64,000 nt of DNA, from IMG/VR virus record IMGVR_UViG_3300036987_000310, positions 96,001 to 160,000 of that record; one strand, 5' to 3'. A model generated the notes under the pieces. That model saw only the letters and a list, made by a program, of their open reading frames with translations. It had not been told where the DNA came from and made no database searches. Origin of the DNA: a virus. Taxonomy: Duplodnaviria; Caudoviricetes. How positions within the stretch are numbered: position 1 is the stretch's first letter; each line of letters starts with the position of its first letter. This document shows, one piece after another, positions 44,809 to 55,624 of this stretch. A program made the translations under genes and the position numbers.

Positions 44809-45063
44809 AGCCATGACTTGCTCTGGAGCAGACTCCTCGCAAGTCGGCATGTCGCCTTTCTCCGTGCGCCTAGACAGAACAACCCTGTCCCCCTCAGTCC
44901 AGATTTTCAACCCGCAGTCTTTGCAGTTGTGGGTCCAGTCGTGGTCGCCACGCACGGGCCACCATCTGTGAACAGGAAGTTTTTTGTCCTCGTTGCGCAC
45001 ATACTCCAACAATCGGATGTGAGATGGCGGATAAACAAAGTTTGGATCCTTTTGATCAAACAT
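44803..45063 (-). CDS. Hypothetical protein, ends EQVMAS
   Basis: CKDCG..C; tag-like C-terminus. Confidence 0.55.
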   Translation of the reverse strand: MFDQKDPNFVYPPSHIRLLEYVRNEDKKLPVHRWWPVRGDHDWTHNCKDCGLKIWTEGDRVVLSRRTEKGDMPTCEESAPEQVMAS

Positions 45064-45077
45064 GCAATAAAATACAA

Positions 45078-45153
45078 TGGGGCGACCGACCGGTTACGAT
45101 CCGGCACTTGAAGGGCCACAACCTTCCGTGCAGTCCACTACACCACGGCCGCC
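45078..45153 (-). tRNA. tRNA-His(GTG), G-1:C73, atypical T loop ATCGTAA
   Basis: GAAGG-TTGTGGC-CCTTC. Confidence 0.85.
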
Positions 45154-45291
45154 ACGTTTCATTATATGCTTTTTTACTGCTTTATCTGATACCCCAAGCG
45201 CCTTCCCGACAGAAACATATCCGCGTTCGGATACCATTCGTTTCAGTTCTTCCAGTGAAGGCCATTCTGCTTTTGTATGTAGGTTCGATAA

Positions 45292-45369
45292 TGGTCGGGA
45301 TGGCCGGATTTGAACCGGCGTCCTCTTGACCCCCAGTCAAGCGCTCTTGCCAGGCTGAGCCACATCCCG
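45292..45369 (-). tRNA. tRNA-Pro(GGG)
   Basis: CTTGA-CTGGGGG-TCAAG, ACCA. Confidence 0.92.
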
Positions 45370-45417
45370 CAATGCCGGTTTTGTCAGGATCCGGCAACCT
45401 GTCGCTGCAACGCAGAG

Positions 45418-46584
<1,167 letters not shown>

Positions 46585-46660
46585 TGCACTTGTGGGTTGC
46601 CAGCCCTCTTTCTCTTCTCTTCTCCTTAACCCCGTCGGACTATCCGACTCCAGGGGCTTG

Positions 46661-47083
46661 TTATGAATCCATGACTGCAGCCATCATTTTGTGACCGTCT
46701 TTTTCTAGCCACGGAAGATAGCTGTAAGCTTCCGGCGAGTCGTTTCCAAACCAGACCCAAACGTCGTCTTCAAGTCTTCCAAGCCAAAAAACAATGTCAT
46801 GCCATGGCTTGAATGATGGTTCTGCATGGTTTCGAAGCCACACGAGCAATTTGCCTGTTATTTTTGCTGGAATAGCAAGATAACAGGATTGGCTGCCCCA
46901 TTCGACGTCAACGTGGACGATCAAGTGGTCCGATGTTTGGGACCAAAAGTTCTTTCGCATACATAAGCGCACGAAGCTCCCAACAGCCAACGTTCTCCCA
47001 ACCCCGACGATTTCGCTATGGTGCGGATACTCGCCATGATAGTTCCATGAGTACTCGGGTTCGTGCGAGTCTGCGCTTTTCAA
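46661..47083 (-). CDS. Hypothetical protein, ends AAVMDS
   Basis: Tag-like C-terminus. Confidence 0.55.
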   Translation of the reverse strand: MKSADSHEPEYSWNYHGEYPHHSEIVGVGRTLAVGSFVRLCMRKNFWSQTSDHLIVHVDVEWGSQSCYLAIPAKITGKLLVWLRNHAEPSFKPWHDIVFWLGRLEDDVWVWFGNDSPEAYSYLPWLEKDGHKMMAAVMDS

Positions 47084-47086
47084 AGT

Positions 47087-47269
47087 TCATGACTCCATCA
47101 CGTCTGTCGCAATGTTAAACGCGCAGCTGTCATGCGTATGGCCGATTGAAACAAGGCGCCTGCACGCATGACACCATGTCATATTCCATTCTTTTGCTGG
47201 GACTGTCACAATGGATACCATTTCAAAAAGTGGCATCTTTTCAGTCATTCCACTTTTACGCATCGTCAC
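47087..47269 (-). CDS. Hypothetical protein, ends TDVMES
   Basis: CHAC..H..C; tag-like C-terminus. Confidence 0.55.
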   Translation of the reverse strand: MTMRKSGMTEKMPLFEMVSIVTVPAKEWNMTWCHACRRLVSIGHTHDSCAFNIATDVMES

Positions 47270-47472
47270 CCCTCAGAAACTGACTCCGGCTTAGTCACGG
47301 CAGCGGTTAACAACGCCAAAAGACTTTTTCCATCCTTGTCTGTGAGATCTGTTTCTATGTCTAGACGATTGCCTTTAGGCGTGTACACGACAACGCGGAC
47401 AGAAAATTTGCCAGGCCATCTTTTATTGATTGGCTGCTTCATGCAACTCTCAACTGTCTGTTTAAAACCGGG

Positions 47473-47545
47473 TCGGGGTAGCCGGATTTGAACCGGCGAC
47501 GTCGTGCACCCAAAGCACGCGCTCTTCCAACTGAGCCATACCCCG
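47473..47545 (-). tRNA. tRNA-Pro(TGG)
   Basis: CGTGC-TTTGGGT-GCACG. Confidence 0.92.
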
Positions 47546-47546
47546 T

Positions 47547-47885
47547 TTAAGCTTGCCCTATCTCTTTGTTTCCAAAGATCCGGTCCCACCCGGATCTGTA
47601 AGCTTCGGTTGTCACTTTTGACGGACCGGAACAAGAACACTCACTTGAATAGTCCGACTCTCCATATAAAAACTCAACTTTGAACCTGTCGCCTTCGACA
47701 TGGGTGAGTTGAACAAGTTCCCCTCCCCCATTTATCGGGCACCCGTCTTTGACGACTCTCATGACGCCACCAACGACTTTATGATCTTTGGTGTGCCTGA
47801 TGAACGGCCGCACGCCATGGGACATCTCAGGACCAGCAATGAGCTCGTCTGAGCAATCGCACTTGTGACTCTTTTCGTCGCTCAT
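47547..47885 (-). CDS. Hypothetical protein
   Basis: GPSKVTTEAYRSGWDRIFG. Confidence 0.6.
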   Translation of the reverse strand: MSDEKSHKCDCSDELIAGPEMSHGVRPFIRHTKDHKVVGGVMRVVKDGCPINGGGELVQLTHVEGDRFKVEFLYGESDYSSECSCSGPSKVTTEAYRSGWDRIFGNKEIGQA

Positions 47886-47888
47886 GTG

Positions 47889-48299
47889 TTACCTGTCAAT
47901 TCTGATGAATCTGACGAGCTTTCCGTCAGCGTCGTCGTAGCTTGCTGCAATGAATCCCCACCCAGGCTTGTTGGACTCATCCGACTGTGTGCCCACGAGT
48001 CCGTTCAAAATCCCGAGAAGTCCAACCATCGTGTTTCCATCCCCACCTTTCACAACTTGAACAGTCGGGTGCTCAGCCATTTGATCGTTACATCGAACGC
48101 GAGTTTCAATCAAACGTTCCATCGCTTCTTTGTCGACAGACACTAGCTCGTTCAGGTATGCAATGACTTTGTCGACACCGTCTTCTGCGACATGTTCCAT
48201 TCGTCTATTCCTTAGCTTTTGGAGAAGATCGTCGCGATTGTTTCTGTCCATTCTTCCGCAGACCATTACAATGTCAAAACTACATTGTCCACCCAACAA
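47889..48299 (-). CDS. Hypothetical protein
   Basis: HPTVQV..VGLLGILNG. Confidence 0.6.
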   Translation of the reverse strand: MLGGQCSFDIVMVCGRMDRNNRDDLLQKLRNRRMEHVAEDGVDKVIAYLNELVSVDKEAMERLIETRVRCNDQMAEHPTVQVVKGGDGNTMVGLLGILNGLVGTQSDESNKPGWGFIAASYDDADGKLVRFIRIDR

Positions 48300-48639
48300 A
48301 TTTCCAGACAGGCTTTTTTGAAGCCGTCGAGATTTTCATCATGTCTGCCGTCCCAACCCCTCCCGGAAACGCAAGGACAATGTCCGGCTTTCCTTCTTTC
48401 AGCATTTGCCTATTACGTCTTTTTCCGGCTCCAAGACCGTAAAGATCCCAGTTTGCGGGAAACGGAACATGCTTTACCCCGTGTCTGACGGCCCACTGCA
48501 TCGCCATGGTGTCTGCCCCATTGGCTGCCCCGTGTACTACTGCGGAAACCCCTAAACTCTCGTGCAGATAGTTCAAAACAAGCTCTACAGCGACTTCGTC
48601 GCTCCAGTCTCGGCCTCCACACACTAGGACGCGAATCAT
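48280..48639 (-). CDS. SLOG/YspA-like (DUF2493) protein
   Basis: VLVCGGRD..VVHGAANGAD..AGKRRN.QML..VLAFPGG.GT. Confidence 0.85.
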   Translation of the reverse strand: MIRVLVCGGRDWSDEVAVELVLNYLHESLGVSAVVHGAANGADTMAMQWAVRHGVKHVPFPANWDLYGLGAGKRRNRQMLKEGKPDIVLAFPGGVGTADMMKISTASKKPVWKFVGWTM

Positions 48640-48642
48640 TTG

Positions 48643-48715
48643 AGCCGACAGCGAGAGTCGAACTCGCCTGGTCCGCTTTACGAGGGCGGTGCTCTCCCAC
48701 GAGTGCTATGTCGGC
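48643..48715 (-). tRNA. tRNA-Thr(CGT)
   Basis: Loop CT-CGT-AA, GCC/GGC acceptor. Confidence 0.85.
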
Positions 48716-48716
48716 T

Positions 48717-48792
48717 TGGAGCCGCCTGCGGGAGTCGAACCCGCTGTCTCCAGAGTACAAAACTGGCGCCCCGCCACTGGGGCCTAGGCGGC
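48717..48792 (-). tRNA. tRNA-Thr(TGT)
   Basis: Loop TT-TGT-AC, TCCA end. Confidence 0.85.
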
Positions 48793-48794
48793 GA

Positions 48795-49232
48795 TTATCG
48801 CTTGAGCGCACACACTGCCAAGTTGACGCTTGTCGCCATGATGACTGTTATGTTGCGGGATTCAAGCTCAAAATTCACTATGTCAAGTTCGGGAACTCTG
48901 TCCGGACTGCATACCCAGGCGGATTCCCCACCTCTATTCGAAAGAGCTTCCATGCAGTCCGCAAACTTTGTGGCTCCCCATGAGTCGACGAATCCAACTT
49001 TAGAGAGATCCAACAAAAGAATCGGGCCCCACAAGCTTCCAGACAGATTCTGCAACTCGTCGTCTGCCCCCAATTTCAAATGGAACGAAACGTCTCGCGT
49101 CCAGTCCCCTCGAATCGTGGCAATTGTCACGCCATCTTCTTCTCTGACTTCAACTGTCGGTTTTGGCATGTCAAGACTCCCATACTTCTTGAACCACGAT
49201 CTCCCGAATTGCGTCCAGAAGCATCTGACCAT
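48795..49232 (-). CDS. STAS-domain anti-sigma-factor antagonist (likely start MPKPTVEV)
   Basis: LLLDLSKVGFVDSWG with conserved phosphorylatable Ser. Confidence 0.8.
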   Translation of the reverse strand: MVRCFWTQFGRSWFKKYGSLDMPKPTVEVREEDGVTIATIRGDWTRDVSFHLKLGADDELQNLSGSLWGPILLLDLSKVGFVDSWGATKFADCMEALSNRGGESAWVCSPDRVPELDIVNFELESRNITVIMATSVNLAVCALKR

Positions 49233-49572
49233 CCAAGTTCTTTTCTGAAGCTTCCAAAAACACCTGTCCGTCTAACAATCCGGCGCGCCAAATTGAAGAA
49301 TGCTTGACGCAGTACATGTGCCCCTTGAACGGGCGCCCTCTGTCCATTTCAAATCGGAATTCAAACTGACTGCCGTGCGAGTGTCCACAATTCCTGCACA
49401 TGCCTCCTTCCACACGCTCGACATATCTTGTGGAAAAGTTGTCGACTAGCTTTTCCAGGTATGGATCGCCTGAAGACATTAATCGAATTTCTGACACTAC
49501 TTTGTTCAGGTATTTTAGCGCTTCCGGCTTAAATACGAACCACTCCTCTACCGGGACTCCAAGATTTTTCAT
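49171..49572 (-). CDS. Hypothetical protein, ends QEVWES
   Basis: CRNC..YC; tag-like C-terminus. Confidence 0.6.
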   Translation of the reverse strand: MKNLGVPVEEWFVFKPEALKYLNKVVSEIRLMSSGDPYLEKLVDNFSTRYVERVEGGMCRNCGHSHGSQFEFRFEMDRGRPFKGHMYCVKHSSIWRAGLLDGQVFLEASEKNLDGQMLLDAIREIVVQEVWES

Positions 49573-49661
49573 CGGCTCCTCCTGATCGGGTGGAGCCTCC
49601 TGGCGGTGATCTTGACCTCATATTTGCACTTTACAAGTTCACAAGCCTTGAGAACACCATG

Positions 49662-49913
49662 TCAAACGGGAAGGCGACTGGCTTGCGACTCGAACGCACA
49701 AAGCATGTCTTTGATAAGACCACTTGCAAGCGACACGTCTTTCATGAGCTCTTGCAAACTTTTAACAGCCATTTGCATTTCCAGGTCCTCCATGGTTTTT
49801 CCTTGACCCACTAAAGACTGGACGTTGGCCAGAATTGCATCAGCTCTGGCCACATTCTTGAGCATCTTTTTTGTCAGCTTCTTCTTTTTTTGCTTTGCAG
49901 GGAGCTTGGCCAT
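49662..49913 (-). CDS. Hypothetical basic protein
   Basis: 83-aa ORF. Confidence 0.5.
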   Translation of the reverse strand: MAKLPAKQKKKKLTKKMLKNVARADAILANVQSLVGQGKTMEDLEMQMAVKSLQELMKDVSLASGLIKDMLCAFESQASRLPV

Positions 49914-49999
49914 ATTTTCATGGTACCGGTTTTGTCGACCGATTTTCGCCCATGGTTTTAATCAGAAGTTTTAATACTCACTTGAACCCAGCCAAGTAT

Positions 50000-50164
50000 A
50001 TGATGAACTTAAGCAAAATAGCAGCCAGAATAGCGCAACAAACCGCGCTAAGCAATGAATATGAAAGCCGAATTTGGAAACGTTGCCTTGCATGTGCTTC
50101 AAGAATATTATGGAGACAAAGCGGGGTGGTGAGGCTTGGCAAATTAAGCCATAGTTTAACTTGA
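50000..50164 (+). CDS. Small protein with N-terminal LSKIAARIA motif
   Basis: Internal ATG of ORF 49871-50164. Confidence 0.4.
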   Translation: MMNLSKIAARIAQQTALSNEYESRIWKRCLACASRILWRQSGVVRLGKLSHSLT

Positions 50165-50177
50165 TGTAATTTGCCAT

Positions 50178-50555
50178 ATGATGCCTCGGAAGAAGTCCAG
50201 AGGGATTGTGGTTGACGGAGTGGCGTTCAGGTGGGCAATCAACCACTCTGACATCGTCGTTCAAGCAGAATCGGGTGGTTCTATGCTTTTGGTAAACGGA
50301 GTCTGCCACAGAAGCTACGATTATGATCGCGACAAATACGTTCAAGAGCCCGTCACCCCGCGCTCAATTGCATCAGTGATCCGGCATTCCATGAAGTCTG
50401 GATGGGTATTCAATGCAAGGGGTCCAGTATTCAAAATCAATGTTGGGGATCTGTTGAAATATCGGTGCCCAACATGCAAAGATCTAGTTATCCGAAATGA
50501 TCACCCAGACTATGAATGTGGATTGAACGCCATTCGAACCATCATGGACACGTGA
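50178..50555 (+). CDS. Hypothetical protein, ends RTIMDT
   Basis: CPTC..H..C; tag-like C-terminus. Confidence 0.6.
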   Translation: MMPRKKSRGIVVDGVAFRWAINHSDIVVQAESGGSMLLVNGVCHRSYDYDRDKYVQEPVTPRSIASVIRHSMKSGWVFNARGPVFKINVGDLLKYRCPTCKDLVIRNDHPDYECGLNAIRTIMDT

Positions 50556-51034
50556 TGGTTCGAATAAAGTCAGAGATGTTGAACCCCGGGGACCTCCCCA
50601 TATATGATTTCCCGAATTGGAAGCACGAAATATTTTATTTGGAGGAGAAGGACGAGCACGTCCATCTCATGAAATTTGCTGGAAACGGAATTCGAGTGAC
50701 GATTCCGGAAATTGAACTGTGCTGCACTGCCAACAGTCAAGACGACGCAAGCGAGAAGGTTAGGCTGAAGGCGCTAAAGCTAATGGCTGAAGTGTGTGTT
50801 TTCATTGGTGCAGAAAACACATTCGTTGTCATGCCAGTCAGAAACCACATGGTTCTCCTACAAGAGGAGAAGTTCATGGCTGTCATGACTGTTGGTATGC
50901 TGTTTACTCGCGATCCAACGCCTGAAGACGTTGACGAGTTCCTCCCATGGATTCCGGAACGAATCCATGACTCCCGAGATTTTCTTGAAAACACTGAAAA
51001 AACTCTGGAAGTTATGGAAGTCATGACAGCATGA
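50516..51034 (+). CDS. Hypothetical protein, ends MEVMTA
   Basis: Tag-like C-terminus. Confidence 0.6.
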   Translation: MWIERHSNHHGHVMVRIKSEMLNPGDLPIYDFPNWKHEIFYLEEKDEHVHLMKFAGNGIRVTIPEIELCCTANSQDDASEKVRLKALKLMAEVCVFIGAENTFVVMPVRNHMVLLQEEKFMAVMTVGMLFTRDPTPEDVDEFLPWIPERIHDSRDFLENTEKTLEVMEVMTA

Positions 51035-51046
51035 AATATGACCTAG

Positions 51047-51118
51047 TGGGTCGTCCGCGAGTCGAACGCGGGGCAAGATCCTTATCAGAGATCTCAGGGC
51101 ACCGGCCCGTCACGACCC
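51047..51118 (-). tRNA. tRNA-Ile(GAT)
   Basis: Loop CT-GAT-AA, compact D arm. Confidence 0.8.
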
Positions 51119-51163
51119 GATGTTGAACAAACTGAAGTACTAGAAGACACTGGATAAAAACAG

Positions 51164-51248
51164 TGCGCAGGAGAGGAATTGAACCTCCACGTTCACTAAG
51201 GAACAACAGGCCCTCAACCTGTCGCGGCTGCCATTACGCCACCTGCGC
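51164..51248 (-). tRNA. tRNA-Leu(GAG)
   Basis: ACAGG-TTGAGGG-CCTGT, long V arm. Confidence 0.9.
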
Positions 51249-51265
51249 AGTTTGTAACGTGACAA

Positions 51266-51835
51266 ATGCAAAGAATTTTTCTTCTTGACGTGGACGGGAT
51301 TCTCACAGACTTCCATGCAGCTATTGCAGACGTTGCCACTCAAGCCGGGTTTCCGATAAGTTCTCAGCAAATGGGAGAATGGGAGATGTCGGCTTCGTTG
51401 AGAAAGCTGAACGTCCCCGAAGAGGTTATTGAACGCTGCATGTCTGCGATGTCGTCTGTCGGCTTCAACTGCAAGCTTGAACCAACAAAAGAAGCTGTTG
51501 AAAATTTGCCGAAGTTGACGAGAGTCGCCACTGTTCTATTCGTCACGTCGCCGAACGTGGGATGTAAAACCTGGGTTGAAGAGAGAATCTGGTGGATGAA
51601 GAAACACTTTGGGGTTTCTCAAGACGACATCATTTTTGTTCAAGACAAAAGCAACGTCCCGGGAGACGCTTTTGCAGACGACAATCCGCACAATGTTCTT
51701 CAGTGGTCAGCAAAAAATTTCGGGGCCGCGATTCTGTGGGACGCCCCGTACAACAGGTCCGTTGAAGTCAAACGGCGAGCCAAATCATGGAAAGACCTCA
51801 TCGATACAGCGAAATTTTTGAGCGAGATGCTGTGA
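51266..51835 (+). CDS. 5'(3')-deoxyribonucleotidase (HAD family)
   Basis: LLDVDGILTDF, FVTSP, FADD, WDAPYN. Confidence 0.85.
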   Translation: MQRIFLLDVDGILTDFHAAIADVATQAGFPISSQQMGEWEMSASLRKLNVPEEVIERCMSAMSSVGFNCKLEPTKEAVENLPKLTRVATVLFVTSPNVGCKTWVEERIWWMKKHFGVSQDDIIFVQDKSNVPGDAFADDNPHNVLQWSAKNFGAAILWDAPYNRSVEVKRRAKSWKDLIDTAKFLSEML

Positions 51836-52066
51836 TCAAACGTCCATGATGTCGAACACTGAGTATTCTTCTTCCGACATGAAGCCAGCACCGGAATCGC
51901 CGTAGACTCGGAACCCACTTTCTAATTCAACGTATTTTATTTTACGTCCTTGCCGCACAATCCCAAAGCTTCCGTGGGCCGACGTGTGTTGATGTTTTTT
52001 CCATACGTAGACGCGAGACCCCGCCGAGAACCTGTCGAGAAGAAATTTTCCGGGGTCAAAGTCCAC
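51836..52066 (-). CDS. Hypothetical protein, ends FDIMDV
   Basis: N-terminus DFDPGKFLLDRFSAGSRV is paralogous to the next gene. Confidence 0.6.
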   Translation of the reverse strand: MDFDPGKFLLDRFSAGSRVYVWKKHQHTSAHGSFGIVRQGRKIKYVELESGFRVYGDSGAGFMSEEEYSVFDIMDV

Positions 52067-52067
52067 G

Positions 52068-52496
52068 TCATTCTTCCATGACGTCTCTAACGCCAGCCAG
52101 CATGCGCAAGTCGTTCATGGACCCTCTCGAGTTCAAAATGGTAGCGATGCTTTCTCTTCCCTCAGAGTTGCGGAAAAGGGGCCTCAGCTCGCCGCGATAC
52201 GACCCGAATTGCATCAAGCGGATCATCCAGCGCCGTCCACAACAAGCGCACACAAACCCAAACTGCATTTTTTCTCCGACAACCTCAGACCTGATGTCGG
52301 GCGATGAACAGTTTTCCATATGACGGACAATGTTGATCAACATGTCGTCGACATCATTGTCCCATGTTTTTTCATTCACAATGCGTTCCGTGGTTTTCAT
52401 TCGTTGTGGACCTTTAAGCAACACACGCGCTCCCACCGGAAACCTATCAGGAAGGAACTTTTCCGGTTCAAAGTCCGCAGACAAGCTTTTCACCAA
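52068..52496 (-). CDS. Hypothetical protein, ends RDVMEE
   Basis: DFEPEKFLPDRFPVGARV; CACC. Confidence 0.65.
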   Translation of the reverse strand: MVKSLSADFEPEKFLPDRFPVGARVLLKGPQRMKTTERIVNEKTWDNDVDDMLINIVRHMENCSSPDIRSEVVGEKMQFGFVCACCGRRWMIRLMQFGSYRGELRPLFRNSEGRESIATILNSRGSMNDLRMLAGVRDVMEE

Positions 52497-53415
52497 GATC
52501 TTTCAGAAACTCGGCGCCATATTTCCCGCCTGGCTCCAGACACGGTTCCATGAAATCTGGCAATTTGTCAAAGCTTCGAGCGGAAGCAATTCCCCAAGCA
52601 ATGGCGGCGACGCTGTCGGTGTCTCCGCCCCATTCAACCAATTGCTTCATCATTTCGACAAGAGATTTTCCAGAAGTGACCAGGTCAAACACGGCGTGAA
52701 CAGTCTTCATTCCAACTCCTGGCCCCATGACCGGACCCTGCCACCGCGGAAGCATGGTGGCAATTTTTTCTAGCTTTCCAGGAAGCATCATGGAGAGAAA
52801 TGTCACTATGGCTCCCGGCTGCATTGGGCCTGACGAGTACATGGAAAAGTGGGACATCAGTGCGACCAACTGCGACGACAAAACGCCGTCTGGCGTGTCG
52901 TGCGTTATGCGCGCTTGCCTTTCCGCAACTCGAACAACTCTTTCCGGAGATTTTAGAGCCCCGATTGGAACAGAACGCATCGCCGCCCCGTTTTTGTCTG
53001 ATTCGGGTCGAATTTTTTCAAGAAGCTCTTTTCCAGAGTCCACAGAGTTTAAAAGAGACTGGAAGCCTCGGGCGTAGCCGTCTCTGCGATCTCGTTTGTA
53101 GCATCGCACAAACGATTCGGCAAAAGCTTCCTTCGAGAGGTCTCCAGCAATCAGCGTTTCCGCGACTGCAATGGACATTTGCGTGTCGTCTGTGTACTGT
53201 CCGGGACGCAGGTTGTGCACTGGATGTTTCAAGTATTTTTCGAGCTTCAAAGCCTCGTCGCGAACAAACTGATCCCGGGGGAGTTTGATATATTCGGTCG
53301 CCATCGCGTAAGCGTCGGCGCAAGCAATAGACAAAAGCATGTTTGGATTCGGGTTCCGCATGCTGAAAATTACAGCGTCATTCTTCAATGACGTTTCATT
53401 CACAGTGCGTTCCAT
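52468..53415 (-). CDS. ADP-ribosylglycohydrolase (DraG/ARH family); likely start MRNPNPN
   Basis: GQYTDDTQM, NGAAMRSVP, TH, GGDTDSVAAIA. Confidence 0.92.
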   Translation of the reverse strand: MERTVNETSLKNDAVIFSMRNPNPNMLLSIACADAYAMATEYIKLPRDQFVRDEALKLEKYLKHPVHNLRPGQYTDDTQMSIAVAETLIAGDLSKEAFAESFVRCYKRDRRDGYARGFQSLLNSVDSGKELLEKIRPESDKNGAAMRSVPIGALKSPERVVRVAERQARITHDTPDGVLSSQLVALMSHFSMYSSGPMQPGAIVTFLSMMLPGKLEKIATMLPRWQGPVMGPGVGMKTVHAVFDLVTSGKSLVEMMKQLVEWGGDTDSVAAIAWGIASARSFDKLPDFMEPCLEPGGKYGAEFLKDLGEKLVCGL

Positions 53416-53420
53416 GGTTT

Positions 53421-53690
53421 CTATTCGTTGTGGACCTTTCGGATCAAAAGCCAGGACAAATACTCCGACTTGTTGATAGGTTCAAACTTGCTAAGCAACA
53501 CGCCGGGGCCGCCGACGCCATCGACAGCGTTTATGAGCCACGCCGAGTGCTGCTCGCACGTGGCGTAGCAACGCCCCCACTTGTCTTTCCAAAAGTAGGT
53601 CGGCGTCGCAGCGCAACTGCTGTGTAAACACTCGATAGTCACGACTCTAGAACTTCTTCCACGAGAAGCTTTCTTAAACAGTCGAGACAA
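53421..53690 (-). CDS. Hypothetical protein, ends RKVHNE
   Basis: C...C..C.QH; tag-like C-terminus. Confidence 0.55.
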   Translation of the reverse strand: MSRLFKKASRGRSSRVVTIECLHSSCAATPTYFWKDKWGRCYATCEQHSAWLINAVDGVGGPGVLLSKFEPINKSEYLSWLLIRKVHNE

Positions 53691-53863
53691 GTGACCTTTG
53701 ACCTGGCAAAAGTGTATAGCATTTCAGGCTGCGTTCTAGACGCCGGAATCATGTGCACGTCGGGCGGGAGGGTTCTTATGGCCCATGGGTGCCCGCATGT
53801 TTGCGTGCAATATATGCGCACTTCAGGCTGTTGAGACCAGTCGCTCCAATGGATCAGGATCAT
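53639..53863 (-). CDS. Hypothetical protein, ends EEVLES
   Basis: C...C..CLDC; tag-like C-terminus. Confidence 0.55.
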   Translation of the reverse strand: MILIHWSDWSQQPEVRIYCTQTCGHPWAIRTLPPDVHMIPASRTQPEMLYTFARSKVTCLDCLRKLLVEEVLES

Positions 53864-53877
53864 AGCGCGCTCGTCAA

Positions 53878-54327
53878 TTAGTACATGTTGCTTCTGTTGA
53901 TTATTCCGAGAAATTCCAAATCTGTGTGGGAAAGCCTGTATGTGGTGTCCTTGACAAGGTGTTCGGTCATGAACCGGTACATTTTGGCTTTTTCTCGATA
54001 CTCTTTGGCTCGACTGATCAAGTTTGTAGATTGATCCCCGCTAAACTTGGGGGAATCGTCGCCGGCCATTTCGGAAATCTTGGCGCTAAGAGCGCGCTGT
54101 TCTTCGCCTTGTTTCCCAAATACGTCTGCTTTCCGTTCGCATTGCTCAACGCGCTTTTCAAGGATCTTGCGAATTTCTTCAGACGTGACGTCGTAATGCA
54201 GTCCTTCAATCATGTTCATCTCCTTGTTGAAACAATACACCCAGCTCCAGGGGATGGAGTCCCCAATGTTTCGCGAGCGGTTGATGGCCGCTTGCCTTAG
54301 GCGACCCTGAAATGGCGGGCCAGGCAA
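53878..54327 (-). CDS. Hypothetical protein (likely start MIEGLHY, downstream of tRNA-Trp)
   Basis: Helical ORF. Confidence 0.55.
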   Translation of the reverse strand: MPGPPFQGRLRQAAINRSRNIGDSIPWSWVYCFNKEMNMIEGLHYDVTSEEIRKILEKRVEQCERKADVFGKQGEEQRALSAKISEMAGDDSPKFSGDQSTNLISRAKEYREKAKMYRFMTEHLVKDTTYRLSHTDLEFLGIINRSNMY

Positions 54328-54386
54328 GAATCGAACTTGCTACCAGCGGTTTTGGAGACCACCGAGCTACCTTAGCGTTCTGACCC
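54313..54386 (-). tRNA. tRNA-Trp(CCA)
   Basis: Loop CT-CCA-AA, GCCA. Confidence 0.88.
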
Positions 54387-54392
54387 ATGAAG

Positions 54393-54465
54393 TGGGAAGA
54401 GACGGAATTGAACCGTCGACACGCGAATTTTCAGTCCGCTGCTCTTCCAGCTGAGCTACCTTCCC
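54393..54465 (-). tRNA. tRNA-Phe(GAA)
   Basis: GCGGA-CTGAAAA-TTCGC. Confidence 0.92.
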
Positions 54466-54469
54466 TTGA

Positions 54470-54543
54470 TGGCGGTCCTGACGGGAATCGAACCCGCCTC
54501 ACTGCATAGACAGTGCAGCAGCCTCCCAGATGCTTACAGGACC
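54470..54543 (-). tRNA. tRNA-Asp(GTC)
   Basis: CTGCA-CTGTCTA-TGCAG, GCCA. Confidence 0.9.
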
Positions 54544-54547
54544 GTAG

Positions 54548-54620
54548 AGGCGACGGTGAGACTCGAACTCACATGGTAGCGGTTAACAGCCGCTTGCCTT
54601 ACCGAGTAGGCTACGTCGCC
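54548..54620 (-). tRNA. tRNA-Asn(GTT)
   Basis: AGCGG-CTGTTAA-CCGCT. Confidence 0.88.
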
Positions 54621-54668
54621 AATTAAACACTTCATATCCTACGAACCTCACAAGATTCGTAGGCGTAG

Positions 54669-54740
54669 CATCCCCAGTAGGATTCGAACCTACACATCTG
54701 GTTCCGTAGACCAGCGCCCTGTCCATTAGGCTATGGGGAT
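54669..54740 (-). tRNA. tRNA-Arg(ACG), second copy
   Basis: CTGGT-CTACGGA-ACCAG. Confidence 0.88.
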
Positions 54741-54800
54741 ATTTTACGGCGTTTGAGTGATGGCTAAGTGTGCTTATACGCTTTGAAGAGTGAACGTTGT

Positions 54801-54876
54801 TGGCATCCCCACGGAGATTCGAACTCCGATTCCTAGGCTGAGAACCTAGTTGCCTGAACCATTAGCAGATGGGGAC
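54801..54876 (-). tRNA. tRNA-Glu(CTC)
   Basis: CTAGG-TTCTCAG-CCTAG, GCCA. Confidence 0.9.
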
Positions 54877-54941
54877 ATGCGACGCTTTTCGCGCCGATCT
54901 GCTCGGGCACCTCCGATTCTAAGTCGGACACCTTTGCTGGG

Positions 54942-55014
54942 CGCTCCCAGCGGGAATCGAACCCGCATTTCCAGATTGAAAATCTGGCCGCCTAACCGTT
55001 AGCTAGATGGGAGC
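54942..55014 (-). tRNA. tRNA-Glu(TTC)
   Basis: CCAGA-TTTTCAA-TCTGG. Confidence 0.9.
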
Positions 55015-55019
55015 AGTTG

Positions 55020-55102
55020 AGCGGACGACCGGAATCGAACCGGCCTGTGCTTGCGCACGCCAGGGTGGAAACCTGGTGCCCCGCCGTTGAGGCTTCGCCC
55101 GC
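55020..55102 (-). tRNA. tRNA-Gly(TCC) with long variable arm
   Basis: GCGGGCG/CGTCCGC, U73, CCAGG-TTTCCAC-CCTGG, V arm GTGC-GCAA-GCAC. Confidence 0.85.
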
Positions 55103-55129
55103 ATAAAGTTTTTTTTTAGAAGCATTGAC

Positions 55130-55624
55130 ATGAATTTGTTTCGAATAGCCAGAAGAGTTGCAGCGATTTCCGGTCCAAACCAGTGTAAAAATTGTAGAGG
55201 CACTGGGTTCGTAAACATGGGAGACTGCCCCGAGTGCGGAGGCACCGGAATGGGGCCCCAATCGAGGCCGACAAGTCAAACGCCCATTGACGACATTGCG
55301 AGCAAGGTCATGGAAGCGTTCAGGACTGGGCAGGTCTGGGAATTTGCCGGAGAATCGCATCGAGTGCTGGAACTTCCGGGCAGAGTTACAGTTATCACCC
55401 ATTCTGATTATCCGAACGATCCCAGCAAAGCCTGGGTGGAAATCGTCGTTGATCTGGACGAAGACGAGTACGAGAAAAGATTCCACGAAAAGCCAGATAC
55501 CGGCGGATACTTTGGCTGGACAGTTGACATACGCCACTTGGACTTGACAAACAAAGCCGCAGTTCGGGACTGGGTGACGGAGATGGACAACGAAGGAGTG
55601 TTTGAAGGGTACGATGTCAACTAG
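55130..55624 (+). CDS. Hypothetical protein with N-terminal LFRIARRVA motif and DnaJ-type Zn finger
   Basis: CKNCRGTG..CPECGGTG. Confidence 0.7.
   Translation: MNLFRIARRVAAISGPNQCKNCRGTGFVNMGDCPECGGTGMGPQSRPTSQTPIDDIASKVMEAFRTGQVWEFAGESHRVLELPGRVTVITHSDYPNDPSKAWVEIVVDLDEDEYEKRFHEKPDTGGYFGWTVDIRHLDLTNKAAVRDWVTEMDNEGVFEGYDVN

Noticed and set aside
54880-54935. Anticodon-like hairpin TCCGA-CTTAGAA-TCGGA between the Glu tRNAs
   Set aside because: No acceptor or T arm; at most a tRNA remnant.
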